Source: Caecitellus pseudoparvulus (taxonomy: Eukaryota > Protista > Bigyra: Bicosoecida). Taken from it: a stretch of 64,000 nt of DNA. The stretch covers positions 1-64,000 of the forward strand of contig CBFFRQ010000066.1 of assembly GCA_965644315.1 (NCBI GenBank), given 5' to 3'. This document shows, piece by piece, positions 55,384 through 64,000 of this stretch; the stretch's first letter is position 1; every line of letters starts with the position of its first letter. The position numbers were made by a program, and so were the translations under genes. Under the pieces are notes generated by a model. It worked only from the letters and a program-made list of their open reading frames with translations, searched no databases and was not told the DNA's origin.

Positions 55384-57958
55384 ATGCCAGCGCTGGTCGC
55401 AGCTTGGCTGGCAGCTGCCCTGGCAACAGCCGGCGCAGCCAGCCACTTGGCGGCCACAGGCGTCCCATCCGACTGGAAAGCACAGGTTGAGCAAGGTACC
55501 TTGCTGTTCTCGGCCTCGGTTCCTCCCCCAGGTGAGCGGGCGCCGCCCCGCCCTGCCAGCACGCGCACGGTTGCCCTTGCACGAAGGCGATGCGCTCACC
55601 TAGCTCCCACACCACACACGCGCAGGCTACGGCCCGAACGTAGGGAACGGGCGCATGGCCTGGAGCACGGACACCGGTGTCGTGTTCCTGGAAGGCGTGT
55701 ACAGCGGCTTGTACAACGTCACGCCCTCCCACCGTGCGGCCGTGCCGCGGCCCTGGGCAGCTCACCTGCCCGACAGGCCCGGCATGCAGCACGTGGGGGG
55801 GGCCCTGGACATGGCCGCCGGCGTAGTGCTGAACCGCACGTGGGTGAACACGCCCACATGCCGGGGCTTCATCGTGCAGACCACTGAACTGGCGCACGCA
55901 GCCTTGGGGGACTTGGCGCTGCTGCGGCTGGACGTGTGGCGGGCGGAGTCACCCCTGCAGCCACAACCTGCCTCCCCCGCCACCGACGGCTGGTGCGCCG
56001 TGCCACTGACCTGGAACTGGGTGCCTGGCAGCAGCCCTGACTTCACCTGGCAAACCCTACCAGGGCCGGGCAATGCCACGGTGTGGGTGGGCTCCACAGC
56101 TCTGCCAGAACTGACAAGCATCGGCCGACGCTGTGTGGCCATGGCAGTCCCCCCAGGCGCGCCTGCTCAGCTCCTGAACATCAGCGCTGCTGACGGCGCA
56201 ACGTTCCGCTTCACGTTGAATCGCGACAACGCCAGTGCAGCGCATGCGCCGGCGGCAGGCAGCAACGACTTGCACGACTGTTCAAATGCCGCCAGCCACG
56301 CCCTGGCCACCACCCGGGCGCATGCTGAGGCTTACGCTGCCTTGCCCTTCCCTGCCCTGCTCTCAGCACACAAACGTGTGTGGGACGAGTGGTGGCGGGG
56401 GCAGGTGTTCGTGCAGGGCAACCGCACCATCGACACTGCCGTGCGGGCGTGCCTGTACTACCTCTTCGCAGCGGGAAACGAGGCCAGCACAGGCGGCGTG
56501 TCTCCGGGGGGCCTCACGAGCAATGCCTACAACGGTCACGTCTTCTGGGACCAAGAGACGTGGATGCTGCCTGCCTTGCTGCCGCTGCGCCCAGCCTACG
56601 CCGCCGCCATGCTGCAATACCGCGTGGACCGCTTGCCTGCCGCGGTGGGCCGCAGCGGGCAGTTTGGCTACTCTGGCGCGCAGTTCCCGTGGGAAAGTGC
56701 ATTCACAGGCGTGGACTGCTGCCCAGCCCCCAACATCGAGGGCATTTTCGAGCAGCACATCAGCGGTGATGTGGCCATGGCCGGCCGCACGGTGTGGCAT
56801 GCCGCTGGCTCGACGCAAGTGCTGCGAGACCTCGGCTGGCCCCTGGCCCGCGCCGTGTGTGACTTCTGGGTTTGCCGCATGCAAGCCATTGCAAGCGCGA
56901 CATACGCGACCTTGCCAGCCAACCGGCCAGCGGTGGCGCGCGGCGCAGGCGCTTGTGGCGACAAAACCACCCCATTTCCACAAGGCGGCACCGGCCCCAC
57001 ACGCTTCACCATCTGGGATGTGCAGCCCCCCGACGAAAGCGCTGGTGTAGTGAACGACTCAGCCTACACCAATGCCGTGGCGGCGTCCAGCCTGCGCTTC
57101 TGCCACGCTGCGTCTGAGGCGATGGGGGTCCCGGCTGACCCGGCGTGGAACAGCCTGGCAGCTGACGTGTACTTGCCAGAGAACGCGACCTTGTTCCCGC
57201 CAGCGCCTGTGCTCGCGGAGTACACTGGGTACGCAGGCGCCACCATCAACCAAGCTGATGTGGCCCTGCTGTCGTACCCTCTCGCATACCCCCTGCCATC
57301 CTCGCTCGCCGCGGCAAACCTCGAGTACTACCAGGGCGTTACCGCCGCCGACGGGTACTTCACAGGGGACTCCGCCTACAGCATTGCCTGGCTGCGTTTG
57401 GGGAACCGGAGCGCTGCCGATGCACAGTTCAAGACGGCCTTCCTGCACATTGACACGGCCCACTACAGTATTTTCAAGGAGCGGGCATTCACTGGCGGGC
57501 ACCTGAACTTCCTCACGGGAGCAGGGGGCTTCCTGCAAAGCGTCATTGCAGGGTACGCAGGCGTCGCGTACACTGCCCCGGGCACCATGGAGGGCATCTC
57601 TGCGCCGCTCCTCCCGCCAGGAGGTGTGTCCAACGTCACCCTGCGCAGTTTGGCTCTGGGCGCGTGTCGGGTGACCCTGTCCTTCAACGCCTCTGCCATG
57701 TGCTTCATGGCCGAGGCTGACAGCGCTGCGCCCGGCTCCCTGCTGCATGCTGTGGCTGACGAACTGGGCATGGGACCGGGGCCGGGCCTCCTGCGCTCTG
57801 CCTTGGACTTGCAGTTGCAGGGTGCAGTGCAGTGGCCGTCCGCTTGCCGTGGTTTGCAGCTGACAGTGCCGGGCGATGACGCGGGACAACCGCTGACACC
57901 CGGGCAACCCATCTGCGAACTCGCCGCTGCGGGATGGAAGGTCTTCTTGCAAGCTTGA
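55384..57958 (+). CDS. Glycoside hydrolase family 65 (PGGHG/ATHL1-like), with signal peptide
   Basis: Intron 55532-55625. Motifs SPGGL...YNGHVFWDQETWM, FPWESA.TG, EQHISGDVA, PPDE, INQADV.LL.YP and NFLTGAGGFLQ. Confidence 0.92.
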
Positions 57959-58361
57959 TGGGCAGGTGGGGGGCTCCACTCCAGCTCGTGCGCCAGGAGT
58001 CCTCCGTACCGCCAACAGCGTGCACATGAAGAAGCCGGCTGCCTCATGGCAGACAAAAGGGCAGGAGAATCAAGCACACCGCCGCCCCAATTCATCCCCC
58101 CCAGCCCAGTGGGTCCAGTCAGCCTTGCCTTGCACGGCCTTGTGCAGGCTTCGCGTTGCAGAGTGCTTGCTGCCTGCCTCTCGCGACTGCGCATCCTGAC
58201 CCGGCAGCTTCATTCCCAGTCCAAGCGATGCAGCGCCCGTCCATTGGAAACCAGCCCATCACACTTTGTTTTTAGGTGCCACTTTCATTCAACCTCCAAC
58301 GTGCTCGAGACGGCAGCAAGTGCTGGCTTGCAGTGGGGTTTCACACACGTTTCGCAGCTAC

Positions 58362-61300
58362 ATGTCCTGCAAGCCAGGGGGCGCCAGGGAGGGCCCAGGC
58401 CCCTCCCTTGCCGCATCGTCCTTGGACCTCCTGTCTCCATCAAGCTTGGCTGTCTTTCGCGGCGTTCCTGCCTCCATCTGTGACGAGGAGCAGTGCTGTG
58501 TGCAGTACAGTGGATGTGTTGAAGGGCAGGTGCGAGTGGGAGACAGCCCCCTGAATGCCGAGCCGTCCCCGCACGGCATTGTCCTGTTCGCGAGCCTCCG
58601 CGGGGACATGGCCGTGGACGTGCACATGTCTGTGCTTGACACGGTGCTGCCCAGCGGCTGCCTGGAACTGCGCCTGCCCGGCGGCCGGGTGCAGACCCTG
58701 TCCGTCACCGCACCGGCACAACTGGACCCCCCTGCGCAAGGCGCCCTGCAATGGCAGACGGCCGGCCACCTCACACGTGCTCTCCTGGCTGACGATGTGC
58801 CTGGCGTCCAAGCCGCTCTCCCTGGCCCGCCCTCGGAGCCCATCCCCACCCTACTCGGCCTGCCGCCCATCAGCCTCGGCCGCGGGCTGCTGGACTGCTG
58901 GACCCCCGGCGCAGGCGACTCCAACCGCGCCTACCTCCCGGGGGTCTCTGCGCCGGTCGTGCCTCGGCAGCAGTGGTGCCTGCCCTCGCACTTCGACGCT
59001 TCCGGGCAGCTGCCCATGTCTGACGTGCCCCTGCCAGTCCTGGCTGCTTGGTGTGGCGCACGCGCTTGCCTGGAGACCCTGTGCCAGTCGTGGGTAGAAG
59101 CGCAGGACTCGCAGGTGTGGACGGCCACCCTGCACGCAGCCGCCGTGCGCGGGCACGTGTCAGTGCTGGAGCTGGCATGGGCCCACGCGCCGCCTGATGC
59201 GCGCACGGCGGCGCTGAGTGTGCACCCCCCCCTCATCACGGCGCCAGGCCCCTTGCGGAACCTGGAGCTCGTGCACTGTGCTGCAGCAGCAGGGCAGGCT
59301 GCAGTGCTGCAGTGGCTGGTGCACAGTGCCGGCGTGTCCCCCACCACCTTCACCAGCGGTGCAGAGGACGGCCTGTCGCCGCTGCAGGTGGCAGCCTTGG
59401 CGGGGCAGCCGGCAGCCGTGGATGCCCTCATGCAGGGTGACAGCGCAGACATGTGCGCGCAGGGTGCAGCGCAGCAGAACGTCTTGCACTTGCTGGCCAG
59501 CGTGCACCCCCGGGAGTGGCGGGCCGCCCACGATGTGGTCCTGGACATGCTATGCGCCGCACCGCAGGCGGCGGCCCTGTCCCGAGCACGCGATGACTGG
59601 CGGCGCGTGCCCCGCCACGTCGCGCACGTGTCGGGCAATGACGCCCTGCTCCTGGCCCTGGTGGATGCGGGGCTGGAGGGCAGCACGGAGACAGCAGAGG
59701 GGGAGGCCTCCCCGGGGCGCCGGCTGCGTCGAGCTGACACGGAGGTGGCCCTGTCCGAGGGGGGCACCCCCGTGTTGGGCGGCGCGGAGGACGCCTCCCC
59801 ACGCAGCACAGACACGGTGCCGGGGGTCTTGTTGGTGCCCAGGCCCCTCGCGTCGGCCATGCTGAGTCACTCCGGGCGGGAGCTGATGGAGGTGTGGCTG
59901 TGGCAGCAGCGCAGCGTGGCGCCACCGCCCACGCTGCCTGGTTCTCTGCAGCACTCCAGGCTCCTGGCCATGTGCCGCAAATGCGCCAAGGCGGGGGACT
60001 TGGCCAGCTTCCACGCAGTGGCCGCAGCGCTGCCGCCGCGTGAGGATGGTGATCTGCCCACTGCGCAGCTGCTACTGCACTGTGGCCCGCTGCACGCGGC
60101 TGTGGTGCATGACCACCCCGCCATCGCCTCGTGCATTGTGGCCCAAAAGCGCACAGCCTGGTGTCTACCGCGGCATGCGCCACACACCGTGGAGAAGGGT
60201 CCGTGGACCCCCCCTCGCGCCGCGCGCCGGGGGGCCTCCCGCCAACTCGTCCGCAGCCATGCTCGGCTGTCAGCACGCGACACAGCCCTCCTCAGCACCT
60301 ACACCACCTCCGTGCACAAGCTGGTCATCCAAAGCGTGCAGCTTGGCTCTGTCGCCGGGCTGGCCTGGTTGCTGGACACCCTGCGGGATGCTGCTCTGGC
60401 TCGTGCTGTGGCAGCCGCCGAGCAGGGCAGCTGCCCCGAGCAGGACCTGCGGGCGTGGTGGGCGGACATGGGGGGTGTGGCCATGCAAACAGCTGCCAGT
60501 CGAGGAGACGTCCGTGTCTTGCAGACCGCCTGGCACTGGCTGCAGAGCCTGGACGCCCAGGGCGAACCCGGCCTGGCGAGTGCGCTGTTCGAAGCACTCG
60601 TGCACGCGACGGAGGCTGGGCACTGGGCGGCTGCTGCGTGGATCATGGGCACCACTGGCATGACAGGGGCCCAGCCGCCGCCCCTGCGGTCAGGCCGCCC
60701 CCGCACTGGCAACATCCTGCACTGGGCGTGCCGTCTGGACCAGACGGAGGCGGTGCAGTGGTTGCTGCGGACGCCCGCCCTGCTGGCACTGCTGAACGCG
60801 CCAGACAGGTCTGGTCTCACGCCCCTGCACATCGCCTGCCGCTCCGACCACGAACACACCGTGCAGGTGCTGCTGGCAGCTGGCGCCCGTGTGGAGGAGG
60901 GTGGCCCGGGCGGCAGTGTCGTGCACTTGGCGGCTGCCAGCGGCAACTTGGGCCTCGTACAGCAGCTGGTGGGCAGCGCCCCCCACACCGTGCACAGCAT
61001 GGACGGCGATGGGCGGACGCCCCTGCACGCGGCGTGTCGTCGAGGCCATGTGGCTGTGGCGCAGTGGTTGCTGGAGGAGGCTGGCGCGGACCCCGACGCG
61101 GTGGACGCCTTTGACGCCTCCCCCCTCCTGCTCGCCTGCGCTGCGTCGGCTGTGAACCTCGTCAAGTACCTCATGAGTCTGCCGGGGGTGGACGTGGCCC
61201 GTGTGGATGCGGCGGGGCGTGGCGTGCTGTCCCACGCCGCACGCAGCGTCACACAGCGAGCGGTGCGCCTTGTCACGTGGCTGCTGCGCAAGGCGGCTCA

Positions 61301-62570
61301 GCTGCACGCGACACCGCACACACGGCACATCCCCCAGGCCTGGCGGCAGCAGCGCCCGCCGCCCCAGAAGGAGTCGGGCGCCAGCTTGTACCTCTGCGTG
61401 GACCCCAGCACGCCCTCCACCCTGCTGCCGCTCAGTGGACACCACCTAGCCGACTGCACCCCCATCGGGCAGGGCGCCTTCGGGCGGGTGTACAAGGGCG
61501 TGCGCGAGAAAGTCTCCTCCCTGCCTGCCATGTTGCAGGGGAGCAGGGCCAGTGCTGCGCATGCCCCCCGCAAGGGACTGCGGTCAGACGTCGCCATCAA
61601 GTGCTTCCGCGAGGTGTCCATTTCTCCGCATTACTCCGCGCCCCTTGCAGCCAGTGCCCTCCCCCCCGCCCTCGCGCCGCGACCCGGCGCGCCGGACTGG
61701 GTCCTCGCCTACCTAGAGATGGCGCCCGTGTTCACGCTGCCCAAGCACCCACACGTGCTGCCTGCGCTGCAGCTGGTGTACCAGCCACTGGCCCTCGTCA
61801 CGCCCTTCTGCCACAATGGCTCCGTGCAGGGCCTGCTGGTGGAGGACACCCACCCCTCCAAGCGCGCCAAGGACGTGCCCATGTCCCAGCGCCTGACCTG
61901 GGCTGCGCAGGCCGCCAACGGGCTGCAGGAACTGCACTCCCACAACATCGTCCACCGCGACGTGGCCACGCGCAACCTGCTCCTGGACCGCAGCTTCAAC
62001 GTCGTGGTGGGGGACTTTGGCCTGGCCCGCATGCTGGGCAGCAGCGCCCCCCTGCCCTCCCCGGCCCTGGCTGTCCTGGCCCGTGGTGCTCACGCACGCC
62101 GAGGTGGGCCCACTGTGACCCTGCAGGCAGCGCCGCCCCGCAGGCGCCGCCGGGGCAGTGGCAGCAGCGCCTACCGTGCCGAGCACGCGCCGAGTGGAGG
62201 CGAGTACGTGTACCACTCGGCAGGGGGGGGCATGCTGCCCGCCGCGTGGACGGCACCCGAGTGCCTGACCAGCGGGGACTTCTCCGCCGCCTCCGACGTG
62301 TACGCCTTTGGCGTGACGGTGTGGGAGATGGTGACGGGGTGGCGCCCCTGGCACGCCCTGGCCAAGACCCGCGGGCCAGCTGCCGTGGCGGAGCACGTCA
62401 TGCGGGGGCACACCCTGCCCCTGCCGCACGACGTCATCCCCGCCCCCATCCGCTCTCTCCTGCGCAGGTGCTGGGGCCCTGCCCACCGCCGGCCCACGGC
62501 GGCCACCTGCAGGCAGTGGCTGCAGCGGCAAGCTGCCCTGGAGGCCGCTGCGGAGGCAAGCATGCATTGA
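58362..62570 (+). CDS. Ankyrin-repeat protein kinase with tyrosine-kinase-type motifs
   Basis: Ankyrin motifs (GLTPLHIAC, GRTPLHAAC). Kinase motifs IGQGAFGRVY, VAIK, HRDVATRN, DFG, LPAAWTAPE and SDVYAFG. The start codon is uncertain. Confidence 0.85.
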   Translation: MSCKPGGAREGPGPSLAASSLDLLSPSSLAVFRGVPASICDEEQCCVQYSGCVEGQVRVGDSPLNAEPSPHGIVLFASLRGDMAVDVHMSVLDTVLPSGCLELRLPGGRVQTLSVTAPAQLDPPAQGALQWQTAGHLTRALLADDVPGVQAALPGPPSEPIPTLLGLPPISLGRGLLDCWTPGAGDSNRAYLPGVSAPVVPRQQWCLPSHFDASGQLPMSDVPLPVLAAWCGARACLETLCQSWVEAQDSQVWTATLHAAAVRGHVSVLELAWAHAPPDARTAALSVHPPLITAPGPLRNLELVHCAAAAGQAAVLQWLVHSAGVSPTTFTSGAEDGLSPLQVAALAGQPAAVDALMQGDSADMCAQGAAQQNVLHLLASVHPREWRAAHDVVLDMLCAAPQAAALSRARDDWRRVPRHVAHVSGNDALLLALVDAGLEGSTETAEGEASPGRRLRRADTEVALSEGGTPVLGGAEDASPRSTDTVPGVLLVPRPLASAMLSHSGRELMEVWLWQQRSVAPPPTLPGSLQHSRLLAMCRKCAKAGDLASFHAVAAALPPREDGDLPTAQLLLHCGPLHAAVVHDHPAIASCIVAQKRTAWCLPRHAPHTVEKGPWTPPRAARRGASRQLVRSHARLSARDTALLSTYTTSVHKLVIQSVQLGSVAGLAWLLDTLRDAALARAVAAAEQGSCPEQDLRAWWADMGGVAMQTAASRGDVRVLQTAWHWLQSLDAQGEPGLASALFEALVHATEAGHWAAAAWIMGTTGMTGAQPPPLRSGRPRTGNILHWACRLDQTEAVQWLLRTPALLALLNAPDRSGLTPLHIACRSDHEHTVQVLLAAGARVEEGGPGGSVVHLAAASGNLGLVQQLVGSAPHTVHSMDGDGRTPLHAACRRGHVAVAQWLLEEAGADPDAVDAFDASPLLLACAASAVNLVKYLMSLPGVDVARVDAAGRGVLSHAARSVTQRAVRLVTWLLRKAAQLHATPHTRHIPQAWRQQRPPPQKESGASLYLCVDPSTPSTLLPLSGHHLADCTPIGQGAFGRVYKGVREKVSSLPAMLQGSRASAAHAPRKGLRSDVAIKCFREVSISPHYSAPLAASALPPALAPRPGAPDWVLAYLEMAPVFTLPKHPHVLPALQLVYQPLALVTPFCHNGSVQGLLVEDTHPSKRAKDVPMSQRLTWAAQAANGLQELHSHNIVHRDVATRNLLLDRSFNVVVGDFGLARMLGSSAPLPSPALAVLARGAHARRGGPTVTLQAAPPRRRRRGSGSSAYRAEHAPSGGEYVYHSAGGGMLPAAWTAPECLTSGDFSAASDVYAFGVTVWEMVTGWRPWHALAKTRGPAAVAEHVMRGHTLPLPHDVIPAPIRSLLRRCWGPAHRRPTAATCRQWLQRQAALEAAAEASMH

Positions 62571-62582
62571 CGGCTGGCCAGC

Positions 62583-64000
62583 TCAGTAGCCGGGGCGGCC
62601 GTACCCCCCCGACGTCGTGGTGTACATGGCAGGGATCTTGACGCCTGCCGGCACTGCGACGCCTGGCACGGAGCCCTTGGCCACCTCCCGGGTGGCGGCC
62701 TGCACCAGGGCAGCCTCGCGGGCGGCCTGCTCCTCAGCTGCTGCAGCGCGGGCGGCTGCGCGGCGCGCGCGGAATTCATCCTCAGCTGCCTGCGCCTCCG
62801 CCTCCAGCTGGGCCAGGCGGGCCTGCTCCTCCTTGCGCTCCTCGGAGGGCGGCTTGGAGGGTTTGTGCAGGGCGAAGAACACCTCCGTCGCCTCCACGTC
62901 CGTCGAGGGCAGCGTCTCGCGGGTGAACGGGTCTGCGTCCAGGATCTCGAACACGTGCCCCATGATGGTGGCCGTCTGCCCCGGGACGAACGTGGACGGG
63001 TCGTACGGCGCCCCGGCGGGCGTCTTGTGGGGGCCCCGGCGCAGGAACTTACCCCCCACGAAGCCGCCGTCCCGCGCAGGCGGCTCGAAGATGGCCAGGG
63101 AGTCGTCAGACGGGTAAAAGGAGATGCTGAAGCGGCGGGGCTCATCCTGCGGCACGCTGGACACCAGGCGGGCGCGCCAGCGGTACACCTGGCCGTCGTG
63201 CACCATCCACTTGTTGTAGTTCTTGCGGGGGCCGCGCATGGGCCGCACGTACCGCACAGACAGCTTGGAGTCCTCGTCAGTGCCGAAACCAGTGGCGGGG
63301 GGCACCACGTGCTCAGCCGGCACGTGCTTGGCGGCGCTGGTCCACTGGGCTGGCGGCTGGGGCTGCCCCAGCACTGTCTCGTAGTAGTGCCGCGTGAAGG
63401 GGTCCACGGCGCGGATCTGCAGCGTGCGTCCGTACACGTCCACAGTGCCGCCCACGCGCAGGTCCTTGGGCCGGATGAACAGCTCCGGGTGGTGCCGCAC
63501 CGCGTCCGAGCCGACGTCCAGGGAGCGGCGCCAGTCCTTGGGCAGGGGGCACTTCTTGAGCAGGGCAGGGAAGGGGTCCTTGCCGTTGTTCACCTTGTGC
63601 ATCTCCCGCACCTCCACCTCGTCGTCGGCCAGGAAGTAGTTCAGGCAGAAGTGGGAGATGTCCCCGCCCTCCTTCTCCCGCTCGTCCCAAATGCAGTCGA
63701 AGCGCAGGACATCCCCGTCGTGCTGCTGGAACTGCGCCCGCCGCCGGGGGTCCCGCACGAACTTGCCCCGCATGGCCTCCATGTGCTCCTTCACGCCGTA
63801 CATGCGCTTGTTGTGCCCGTGGGTGCTCTTGGGCCCCGCGCGCTGCGTGAGGGCGAACAGGCCCTCCTCGTGGGGGTCGCTGGGCACGGGCTCCGAGGGG
63901 CCCTGGTCAATGCCGGCCTGGGCGAACCAGTGGCGGGTGAAGCCGTCCACGTCGTAGATGCGGAAGGTGCGCCCGTAAAACGTCACCTCGTTGCCCACCA
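62583..64000 (-). CDS. EFHC1: DM10-domain axonemal protein EFHC1/RIB72 family (5' end outside the window)
   Basis: DM10 motifs YGRTFRIYDVDGFTR, YFLADDEVEVRE....NGKDPFP and RRFSISFY.SDDSLAIFEP..R..GF.GGKFL. EFHC1 versus EFHC2 is not resolved. Confidence 0.8.
   Translation of the reverse strand, partial: VGNEVTFYGRTFRIYDVDGFTRHWFAQAGIDQGPSEPVPSDPHEEGLFALTQRAGPKSTHGHNKRMYGVKEHMEAMRGKFVRDPRRRAQFQQHDGDVLRFDCIWDEREKEGGDISHFCLNYFLADDEVEVREMHKVNNGKDPFPALLKKCPLPKDWRRSLDVGSDAVRHHPELFIRPKDLRVGGTVDVYGRTLQIRAVDPFTRHYYETVLGQPQPPAQWTSAAKHVPAEHVVPPATGFGTDEDSKLSVRYVRPMRGPRKNYNKWMVHDGQVYRWRARLVSSVPQDEPRRFSISFYPSDDSLAIFEPPARDGGFVGGKFLRRGPHKTPAGAPYDPSTFVPGQTATIMGHVFEILDADPFTRETLPSTDVEATEVFFALHKPSKPPSEERKEEQARLAQLEAEAQAAEDEFRARRAAARAAAAEEQAAREAALVQAATREVAKGSVPGVAVPAGVKIPAMYTTTSGGYGRPGY

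Noticed and set aside
1-64000. tRNA or rRNA genes, introner-type repeated introns, alternative genetic code
   Set aside because: No cloverleaf around GTTCGA-like words. Introns of different genes share no evident similarity beyond splice sites. All three stop codons terminate conserved genes normally.

Overview
GC-rich (roughly 65-70%), gene-dense nuclear DNA from a flagellated single-celled eukaryote; CC2D2A and EFHC1 are present. A stramenopile-like origin is only an impression. About 27 protein-coding genes can be modelled with short GT-AG introns. They include AHA1-like, SF3A1, DUF952, PES1, UTP23, a bZIP factor, GPX, AGPS, THOC3, a cyclic-nucleotide-binding (CNBD) ion channel, CC2D2A, RPL12, AP4B1, PSMG2, QNG1, a GH65 enzyme, an ankyrin tyrosine-kinase-like protein and EFHC1. 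Most ORF-track entries are antisense or out-of-frame shadows. I found no tRNA, rRNA, CRISPR array or recognisable transposon. Five observations stand out. (1) A compositionally distinct island encodes a helical domain, a dead kinase and seven 114-bp ankyrin repeats that vary only at the DARPin-type binding positions, a candidate variable recognition receptor. (2) AATGCA lies within about 60 nt of the stop codon in 16 of 26 genes, and two convergent pairs share it as the palindrome AATGCATT, making it a candidate poly(A) signal. (3) The 10-mer CAAWTTCCGS occurs 13 times, in 5' flanks, introns and inside coding sequence. (4) A tandemly duplicated orphan gene is built from phase-0 exon-sized repeats and diverges in patches. 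(5) The CNBD channel has an N-terminal KHA-like domain and a non-GYG filter. All gene models were read by eye; no database search was run.
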